Below, piece after piece: positions 48,140-55,733 of a stretch of 64,000 nt of DNA. Numbering within the stretch: position 1 is the stretch's first letter; each line of letters begins with the position of its first letter. The position numbers and the translations under genes are program-made. The stretch covers positions 6,105-70,104 of the forward strand of contig CAJCCX010000061.1 in assembly GCA_903961015.1 (NCBI GenBank), read 5' to 3'. The notes under the pieces were generated by a model, which was given only the letters and a program-made list of their open reading frames with translations, was not told where the DNA came from and made no database searches. This stretch comes from an uncultured bacterium (GTDB taxonomy: Bacteria > Planctomycetota > Phycisphaerae > Phycisphaerales > SM1A02).

Positions 48140-50091
48140 TTGATTTCCGCTGTAGAGCGTTTGGAAGTTTCCAACTCAGCTGCACGCTTGGCTGCTTCGG
48201 CGGCCATGGCTTGGCGATAGGGTTCCATTCCTGGTGGTTCTGGAAGTACTTGCGCAAACGGAGCGAGTTTGGAAAGTGGATCCATCGAAAACTCCGCTTC
48301 AAGAGGCGCCTTCACAAGGTCGAAGACCATTCGACGCTCCGGCTCTCCTGCACGATTATAAATCGTCAATCGATCTACAAGTGGTTGAGATGGGTCGATC
48401 AAGACATTCATCAAGACATCTCGCACACTTGTTCGTAGATTTCCGATTAGTGCAGCCATCCGACGCTCTCCGAATTTATTCACAAAGTCTGTCGACTGCG
48501 AACTTTGGAAATATTCTGTCAGATCCCGAGCAAACTTTATTGCGTCCTCAAGCACCTTCGGGCGATCCATCAACAAACCCTCGCGAAAGCCACGAGTCAG
48601 AACAGCATAAACATCGCTCCGAGCAACATCTGGTGCAGCCTCATACTCTGCATACGTAGTCTCTCGGACAAAAGTATCCATAGGCGCCTCGTACTTATTG
48701 TTTGGAATAAGCCCGCCACGACCGAAAAGATTGTCAAGTTTAGTGAGGATTGTTTGCGCACCTTCATAATCGCCAAATCGATACAACTCGCGCACAGCTT
48801 GCGCCATGAAATTTTGATAAAAATCACAGAACGAATCACCTCCACCGCCTCGAGTTCCAAAGTGCTTCCGATAAAGCTCTCCAAAATAGATATCAATTGA
48901 TTTGATCCACCTTGGATCATTGAGCCGAGTCGGATTATCGTTGCTGTACGGGTCATACTGCATCAATCCCGTTCTGGAGAGCGCCTGCATTGCCTGAATA
49001 TTGATGCGGTCGTTATTTAGAATCTTGTAGACATCCTCGACATTCGATGTTCTCTTCGCAGCAGTCGTGGTTCCCTTGCGAGCCCAATAAAAGGCATGAC
49101 TCTGCGGGTGTCTCCAGTCGAATGGCCCAAAGTCTCTGGTGTACTCCCACATAAGAGCTGGGTCCATATTGAAAGATTCGCGGAGGACCTTCTTACGTAA
49201 AAACGGGAGGAAACTTTCAAGCGCGGCCTTCGATTCTGGATTCGCAAAGACCGTATCGAAAGCGAGATAGACAGGGTCATTTTTTCGAAAGGTGGCATCA
49301 AGTTGAAGTATTTTTGCATAACGACTGAATTGGACTGATTGCCAACGACCAAGGTTCATCAAAAAATCTTTGTCAAGTTGAAACCGAAACTTCCTTTCGA
49401 AACTTGAAAGGTTTGCTTTCAATTGATCCACCATGACCTTGACTTCAGGTTTCTTGAGTTCTAACTCCTCGAGTGAATCTGGCGCATCCTTTATCGCAGC
49501 AATCCAAGCAACTCGATCTTGAATCGTTGCTGGGGGTACTCCGAGTAAGAACTGCCATTCACGAGCGAATTCTCGCTTGTAATAAAGGTGTGCATCATCT
49601 GAAACACCATCGACTTTGTGTGAAAGCCAGAATGCAAGTTCCTTGTGCAATACCAAATCGTTCGGGTTGTAACGAAGACCTTCATCTCGAACTAAATCGA
49701 TGCCCGCACGAACCCACTCCCATCGCTCTCCTGGAGTATCTGTCATCACTGAAATGTTGTATGCCATATTGTGGCCTTGAAAAGACCACACTTCGCCGAA
49801 CCGCGGCTGAAGTTTTGTAATCAGAGAAGCATCTTCCATCGCCTCATAAAAGAGGCCCTTTTCCTTCTGCAGATTCGTCTTAATCCATAGATAGTCGACA
49901 ATAATTCCTCTCAGGGCACCGATGGCAGTTCCAAGGGCAACGATGGGTGGTGCGCCATCGATTGAAACATCTGTATAACGCAAGCTATTTTCGTCACTAA
50001 TGCGAAGAATTTTTGGCAACAGCATTTCTGCAAAAGTCACGGAGACAATAGCAAGCACAACGCACACAAGTTGAATAAGGCGATTACGCAT
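48136..50091 (-). CDS. Hypothetical membrane-anchored protein (651 aa)
   Basis: N-terminal TM (LIQLVCVVLAIVSVTF) and a second hydrophobic segment (PPIVALGTAIGALRGIIV), then a large helical-looking domain rich in Trp/Tyr/Phe. I recognise no motif. ATGA overlap with the FAH gene. Confidence 0.6.
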   Translation of the reverse strand: MRNRLIQLVCVVLAIVSVTFAEMLLPKILRISDENSLRYTDVSIDGAPPIVALGTAIGALRGIIVDYLWIKTNLQKEKGLFYEAMEDASLITKLQPRFGEVWSFQGHNMAYNISVMTDTPGERWEWVRAGIDLVRDEGLRYNPNDLVLHKELAFWLSHKVDGVSDDAHLYYKREFAREWQFLLGVPPATIQDRVAWIAAIKDAPDSLEELELKKPEVKVMVDQLKANLSSFERKFRFQLDKDFLMNLGRWQSVQFSRYAKILQLDATFRKNDPVYLAFDTVFANPESKAALESFLPFLRKKVLRESFNMDPALMWEYTRDFGPFDWRHPQSHAFYWARKGTTTAAKRTSNVEDVYKILNNDRINIQAMQALSRTGLMQYDPYSNDNPTRLNDPRWIKSIDIYFGELYRKHFGTRGGGGDSFCDFYQNFMAQAVRELYRFGDYEGAQTILTKLDNLFGRGGLIPNNKYEAPMDTFVRETTYAEYEAAPDVARSDVYAVLTRGFREGLLMDRPKVLEDAIKFARDLTEYFQSSQSTDFVNKFGERRMAALIGNLRTSVRDVLMNVLIDPSQPLVDRLTIYNRAGEPERRMVFDLVKAPLEAEFSMDPLSKLAPFAQVLPEPPGMEPYRQAMAAEAAKRAAELETSKRSTAEIK

Positions 50092-50094
50092 GGA

Positions 50095-52131
50095 TCAGCC
50101 ACCGCCCCCACTGTAGATAGCGATCTCCTTGCGCTTGAAAGCAATGACTCCAATTCCGAAAACTATGAGGCTCCACAGCAACCCAACTTGAGCGATCGAA
50201 CGAATGACGGCACTCCATAAGATTGCGCGTCCATCAACAAGATCTGCGGAGCTGCTCGCGTTCCCAAATGGAGCAAGCATCCAATAGACGAAACCAACGA
50301 TCGTGCGGATTACAAATTCAAAGACGAGAATAAAATAATTCGCATCTGAACTGCTGTAGTAAGTTCCTAAAGACAAAGCAATAAACGAAGAGAGGGAACC
50401 TGCGAGAAAGACGGAAACTGTCAACAAAACTGCGACTGGGAAAGAGAGCACGCTGGCGGCAGCAACACCGAACGCTGAAATGAAAGTCAGCTTCCCAAAG
50501 TCGATCAAGATTGCACGAAAGAGATTGGCTTCGAATCCTCCAACTCGATGGAGAATTTCAAGACCACTCGCATCAAAGTTGATTGATGATTCAGGAAAAT
50601 ACAGCTGCCCATCGCGGGAGAGTCCGCCATTCAAAATCTTAAGTGTTAATTTCCCATCATCCCCAATTGCATCGACGGGGATAGATACAACATTGCGCTG
50701 AACTGGAACGTAATTCACTTGCATCGGCTGATTTTCACCGAATGAAAAAAGCACGGGAAATGTGTCGTGTGAACTGTCGTTCCCGATATGAAAGGAATAC
50801 CGCAAGACTGGCTGAGCTCCTGCTTGCTTTGCAGCAGAAAGCCCAGAAAATTCGTATGTTCGACTCTTGCCAGGCTGGATCGTTCGCTGAGCAGACATAA
50901 ATTCAGTTGTCTTTCTCGTCCGAATTTCACGCGCAATATCTACTTCAGAGCGAATTCCGTCGGCGATCTCTTGCCGCAAGAGCGAGTCCTTCTCTATCTC
51001 ATTGATGACTCCATCACGCAGTTGACCAAGGTCAATCTCTGTGTATGCAGGACGAGCAACTTCGCGAGCAACAAGTACTTGATCCTGAACTGCGGCAAGA
51101 TCTTGTCGATCGATTGCTGAGCGTGTCGTCATCAGCTGTAGATTGAGAAAGACTGCAAGACCTCCTACAAGCAAGATTATTCCATTGAGAATTGACAACC
51201 CGAAAAGTTTGCCCGCGAGGTATTGAAAATGCGAAACAGGTTTGGTCAATACATTCCAAATCTGACGATCACGGATCTCGAATGCAACTGTCGCGCAAGA
51301 TAAAAAAAGCGTGAGGCCGGCTGCCACTACAAACGTCAAACTCATACCACGCGATAGGTATGTCTGAATCTGATATCGAAGTGGTTCACGACGATCTATC
51401 CAAATCGGCAGTAATGGAAGAACAACAAGGAGTACGCCGATGAAGGAGATCGGGATTCTGTTGCGCAGTGCTTCAAGAAGGAGCGTATGCGCGATCCCAA
51501 ACAGTGAGAGTGAAGATCCCAACAAAACGAGCGTAATACGCATCAACAATAGGAATAGAAAGATCAGAAATCCAATCCCCGCAACTCCAACAACAAAATC
51601 GAATTGTGAAGACCACCAAAAAAGCATCATGAATGACACGGTCAAGAGAGCAATCAACGCCAATTGAATACCCATCCCCACCCACACTGCGAGCACACAA
51701 AGAGAAATGATGGCGATCGAACTCAACACAATAGCTTCTGGCCGCTCGATGATGGCGACTGGCGCCCATCGAGGGGCCACTGTAGAGGCGATAAATGATG
51801 AAACAGGGACTACTTGCTCAATTTTCCCGTCCGCGGCGAACAAGTCTGTGGCAACAGATTGAATGCGCGGGCCCCCAATCTCGAGGCCGTTGACAGTGAC
51901 CGTTCCACGCTCGATCAATTGCATTGAAATTGGATTTTTCTCTGCGATGTTTGCCTCAGAAATGACTGTTGCAATTTGCTTTCGCAGTTCAGCGTATTTG
52001 TATGCAGACCAACAAAGCGGGGCCAAAATAGATGCGCCGCAAACAATAAAAACAACCGACAATATAAAACGGTTTCTATTGCTTTCTTGCCAAACAGACA
52101 AGCGCCGCACGAGTTCCAGAATCAGAATCAC
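50095..52131 (-). CDS. Expanded ABC-2-type transporter permease (678 aa)
   Basis: Polytopic. FEIRDRQIWNVLTKPVSHFQYLAGKLFG matches the ABC-2 permease signature region (E-x-x-x-G/Q-T...P-V/I-S-R...GK). About 200 aa of non-hydrophobic insert lies between TM clusters. The GTG start overlaps the ATPase stop (GTGA). Confidence 0.68.
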   Translation of the reverse strand: MILILELVRRLSVWQESNRNRFILSVVFIVCGASILAPLCWSAYKYAELRKQIATVISEANIAEKNPISMQLIERGTVTVNGLEIGGPRIQSVATDLFAADGKIEQVVPVSSFIASTVAPRWAPVAIIERPEAIVLSSIAIISLCVLAVWVGMGIQLALIALLTVSFMMLFWWSSQFDFVVGVAGIGFLIFLFLLLMRITLVLLGSSLSLFGIAHTLLLEALRNRIPISFIGVLLVVLPLLPIWIDRREPLRYQIQTYLSRGMSLTFVVAAGLTLFLSCATVAFEIRDRQIWNVLTKPVSHFQYLAGKLFGLSILNGIILLVGGLAVFLNLQLMTTRSAIDRQDLAAVQDQVLVAREVARPAYTEIDLGQLRDGVINEIEKDSLLRQEIADGIRSEVDIAREIRTRKTTEFMSAQRTIQPGKSRTYEFSGLSAAKQAGAQPVLRYSFHIGNDSSHDTFPVLFSFGENQPMQVNYVPVQRNVVSIPVDAIGDDGKLTLKILNGGLSRDGQLYFPESSINFDASGLEILHRVGGFEANLFRAILIDFGKLTFISAFGVAAASVLSFPVAVLLTVSVFLAGSLSSFIALSLGTYYSSSDANYFILVFEFVIRTIVGFVYWMLAPFGNASSSADLVDGRAILWSAVIRSIAQVGLLWSLIVFGIGVIAFKRKEIAIYSGGGG

Positions 52132-53327
52132 GCCTTCTTCTCTCCATCACCATCCACAAGATCGTCTATGACAGATTTATCCACCACAATCTTCGACGTC
52201 GGCTTCACGGGTTGAACTGGAATCTTTGCGGGGACTGATTTCGCAGTTAAGAGGTCCTCCACCATAGATTTCCCCGCTTCAGAATCAATGAGTTTTTTGG
52301 ACTTCGCTTCTGAAGGAATTGGCGCAGAAACAATGTTGGCAGCCGCTTGTAGTTTTGCAATGACCTCTTGGCTGGATTCGCCCTGCTCATCCACCATAAG
52401 GAAACCCGCCGTTCGTCCTCCTTGATTCGCACCACTTGTCAACGCTTGTTCTGCCCGTGCTTTTTCAACAATCTGGATGAAGAGATCTTCGAGTTTCTGC
52501 CGAGGAGATTCGACACTCTCAATCGCAACACCCTCTTCTTTGCGGATCAGCTCATCAATTTTGGCAATCGTCTCTGGTTTCAGTCTTGGGACACTGATTG
52601 ATGTTCGCTTCGTGTCGCTCAGGAGTTCATTGCCGGTTCCAGATGCGCGAATTTTTCCACCATACAGGATGACCATTCGGTCGCAGACATCTTCGACATC
52701 GGCAAGCAAGTGGGAAGAAAGCAGAATCGTTTTCCCAGATCTTCGAAGATCAAGTAGCAGATCTTTGACTTGCCGCGTTCCGATGGGGTCAAGACCCGAG
52801 GTTGGTTCATCGAGGATCAGGAACTCCGGATCGTTTATCAAAGCTTGAGCCAGTCCGAGACGACGAGTCATCCCCTTGGAAAATTCACCTACAGCACGGC
52901 GTGATGCCCCTTCCAAGCCAACCATTTCTAGAAGTTCGTCTGTCCGCTTCCTACGAATTTTACGGGGGATTCCAAAGAGCTTTCCAAAATAATCAAGCGT
53001 TTCTTGTGGATTCAGAAATCGATACATATACGACTCTTCAGGCAAGTATCCAATCCTTTGCTTGATCGATACATCTGACGGATCGCGGCCAAAGACAGTC
53101 AACCTCCCTTTGCTTTTACGAAGAAGACCTAAGAGCATCTTAATCGTGGTGCTTTTCCCAGAACCATTTGGTCCGAGTAATCCAAAAACCTCATTTGGTC
53201 TGATTTCAAAATCAATCCCATCAACAGCACGCGCTTTATCGCGTAACCAAAAATCACCAAAGACCTTGATCAGTCCTTGGGCTTCGACGATCGGAGCAGC
53301 TGAATTTGAATCAATTGATTTACTCAT
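52128..53327 (-). CDS. ABC transporter ATP-binding protein (ABC-2/DrrA-like) with extended C-terminal tail
   Basis: Walker A GPNGSGKST, Q-loop, signature FSKGMTRRLGLAQAL, Walker B LILDEPTSGLD, H-loop LSSHLL. The roughly 150 aa beyond the NBD include a low-complexity tail. Confidence 0.9.
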   Translation of the reverse strand: MSKSIDSNSAAPIVEAQGLIKVFGDFWLRDKARAVDGIDFEIRPNEVFGLLGPNGSGKSTTIKMLLGLLRKSKGRLTVFGRDPSDVSIKQRIGYLPEESYMYRFLNPQETLDYFGKLFGIPRKIRRKRTDELLEMVGLEGASRRAVGEFSKGMTRRLGLAQALINDPEFLILDEPTSGLDPIGTRQVKDLLLDLRRSGKTILLSSHLLADVEDVCDRMVILYGGKIRASGTGNELLSDTKRTSISVPRLKPETIAKIDELIRKEEGVAIESVESPRQKLEDLFIQIVEKARAEQALTSGANQGGRTAGFLMVDEQGESSQEVIAKLQAAANIVSAPIPSEAKSKKLIDSEAGKSMVEDLLTAKSVPAKIPVQPVKPTSKIVVDKSVIDDLVDGDGEKKA

Positions 53328-53330
53328 AAT

Positions 53331-54773
53331 TTACTGGCGTCCAAATCCTTTGTCACCGCTTTGTTCCAAACGTCGACCGGGGCGATCGATCATGATTTGC
53401 TTACTGCCCAATTGAAAAGATGGAAGATTGGATCCGATCATTGATGCTTCTAACTTCTTTCGAGCAAGTTCTGCATCGCGTCGAATCTGCATCATTTCAG
53501 GCGAACTCTTCACCCGAATGACGTATCGAGCCAACTGAGTAGGAACGGAAAATACTTCCACCTGATTCTGTCGAATCGATTGGCGAACAGCTTCAAGCCA
53601 TAACTGTTGAACAAGTTGACGAGGATTTTCTTTAAAACTCGCTGCGAGACTTTTCAGTCGTCGAGTTTCGGTTGCGAGTGATGCAACCAAACTTGCCTGT
53701 TGAGACTTGGCCTGAATAATGATCCGAGATGCTTCTCCACCGATATCAGGCTCTTGTAAGCGAAGTCCGATCTCTCGAATCAATTTGTCCGATCCCGCTT
53801 GATCTCCAGAAGTCAGGGTTGCTTCATACTGTTGAATCAAAGCGAGAATGGCCGAATAGTTTGGGCCTGCTGCTCCAACAAGTTTTGAATTCGCTTCTTG
53901 GCGAGCACGTTCCAAATTTGTCTTTGCGTCTTCACGAACGGTCTGAACCCGCAGGAGAGCTCCACGAACAGCGAGTGGCGCCGTACGTTCAAGAATCACA
54001 ACAGATCCGACTTGAATACCAACACGAAGTTCGTCGAGGCAAGACTGCATCTTCTGGCGAATATCGAGCGCAGGCGCATCACGTTGTTCGAGAAACTCAG
54101 CCAATGTGTATGTCGCCAATGTCTGCACGACTGATCTCTGCAGGACCGAACGCACGAGTGCATCAGTCTTATCCGCACCAATTTGTGTCAACATTGCTAC
54201 TGGATCGACGATTGAGTATTCCGCAGACAATTGAAGGTGCGCAAGATCTCCATCCGCAGTAATCACAGAACCATCCCGACCCGGGCGAATAGGATCGTTT
54301 TCATCCGCAGAATCCGTTGCCATATCAAATGTCACATCTTTTTGCGCTCGAAACGGCCAAAATGCATCGCGAACTTCAATGCTCTGCTTTTGTTGCATCG
54401 TGCTGAATTCACCAACGGGAAAAGGCCAAAATGGATGAAGCCCAGGCTCAACGATTTCATCGCCAGGCTCGCCTACAACTTGTCCAAAAACCGTCCGAAC
54501 ACCAGTCACGCCTTCAGGTATTGATTGAAAACCAGAGACGAGAAATGTGATCACTAAACCAGCTATAGCGAATTGGAGTAATCGATAGGAAAGTCGAAGA
54601 GCCTCACCCAAACTTTGATTGGCTGGATCCATAGCTTCACGCATTGAAGCTCGATCGTTTCCAGTGGTTCCAATTTCGAGTCGCGCACTCTTCCCAATTC
54701 GATTGGAATGGGAAGAATCTGATTCCTCCTCATTGGAATTGATTGGAGAATTGGATTGATCCTTGCTTGCCAT
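53331..54773 (-). CDS. SPFH/Band-7 protein, HflK-like (480 aa)
   Basis: Start ATG at 54773, 1 nt after the upstream stop. Ser/Glu-rich N-tail, one TM (LLQFAIAGLVITFLVSGF), an SPFH core (IPEGVTGVRTVFGQVVGE, GLHPFWPFPVGEF), and a long helical C-terminus. Confidence 0.8.
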   Translation of the reverse strand: MASKDQSNSPINSNEEESDSSHSNRIGKSARLEIGTTGNDRASMREAMDPANQSLGEALRLSYRLLQFAIAGLVITFLVSGFQSIPEGVTGVRTVFGQVVGEPGDEIVEPGLHPFWPFPVGEFSTMQQKQSIEVRDAFWPFRAQKDVTFDMATDSADENDPIRPGRDGSVITADGDLAHLQLSAEYSIVDPVAMLTQIGADKTDALVRSVLQRSVVQTLATYTLAEFLEQRDAPALDIRQKMQSCLDELRVGIQVGSVVILERTAPLAVRGALLRVQTVREDAKTNLERARQEANSKLVGAAGPNYSAILALIQQYEATLTSGDQAGSDKLIREIGLRLQEPDIGGEASRIIIQAKSQQASLVASLATETRRLKSLAASFKENPRQLVQQLWLEAVRQSIRQNQVEVFSVPTQLARYVIRVKSSPEMMQIRRDAELARKKLEASMIGSNLPSFQLGSKQIMIDRPGRRLEQSGDKGFGRQ

Positions 54774-54774
54774 T

Positions 54775-55731
54775 TCAGTTACTTCCCTTCTCCGAAGGAA
54801 CAACGGGATCAGCATCGACGATGTATGGATTCTTTGGCTTTGGAATTGCACCTGGACCGCCGACTGCCCCCAAATCAAGTAAATGAAATGGTGCACGGTT
54901 GAGATCCGTTACGAATGTGGTACTTCCAGAGAGTGAACTTTTTAATGTATCAAGCCAAGTAAGGAAAATAGCAAGGTCTGATTCCTCCTTCATAAGTTGG
55001 TAATACCGAGTCGACTCTTCATTTCCCAATGCTTCTATTTCGGCTGCCCATTGCGCCGCAAAATTTCGGATCGTGTCCGCAGAACTGGCCGCTTGGCTTT
55101 TAATTGCTTCCGCCTCAGAGTTTCCTTTTGATGCCTCAAGAGTCGCTAAAGTTTGTTGAACTGCCGCCATTCTGCGCAAAACAGCTACGGTTGTCTTTGG
55201 GGGCAAAATGATTTGCGAGATTCCAACACTCACCGGTTCTATACCAACAAGCTTTGTTGAACGAAGGTCGACCAGAATTGCCGACTCGGCTTCTGCGATC
55301 TTGCTTCCTTGCCCGATTAACTCACTGAAACTGTAACCGCCAAGAGAACGAACAGCACCCTGGAGCCGTGTTTCCAAATCTTTTCCAGCTGCTTCTAAAG
55401 ATCCATATGAAACGAAAAATTGCAGAGGGGCATCATTCGATTCTTCGACTCGCCACAATAGATATGCCTGAACAAGGACTTGTTGACCATCTTTAGTCAA
55501 TACTGTCTCGATTGGGCTTTCAATAAATTGAAGTCGTGCATCAAGTTTTGCGACTTGATCAATAAAGAGTGGCGCCTTCAGATGCAAGCCTGGTTCGCGC
55601 TGAATTCCTGTGGGCTTTCCAAATCGCGTGAGTACCGCAATCTCGTGGAAGTTGACCACATAGGTGGTGTTAAAAAGCACAAGCACGATGACGATGATGC
55701 AGGCAATTACAATTGGAATTTTACGAATCAT
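54775..55731 (-). CDS. SPFH/Band-7 protein, HflC-like (318 aa)
   Basis: N-terminal TM, then YVVNFHEIAVLTRFGKPTGIQREPGLHLKAPLFIDQVAKLDARLQ, a typical HflC opening. Coiled-coil region follows. Confidence 0.83.
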   Translation of the reverse strand: MIRKIPIVIACIIVIVLVLFNTTYVVNFHEIAVLTRFGKPTGIQREPGLHLKAPLFIDQVAKLDARLQFIESPIETVLTKDGQQVLVQAYLLWRVEESNDAPLQFFVSYGSLEAAGKDLETRLQGAVRSLGGYSFSELIGQGSKIAEAESAILVDLRSTKLVGIEPVSVGISQIILPPKTTVAVLRRMAAVQQTLATLEASKGNSEAEAIKSQAASSADTIRNFAAQWAAEIEALGNEESTRYYQLMKEESDLAIFLTWLDTLKSSLSGSTTFVTDLNRAPFHLLDLGAVGGPGAIPKPKNPYIVDADPVVPSEKGSN

Positions 55732-55733
55732 TT

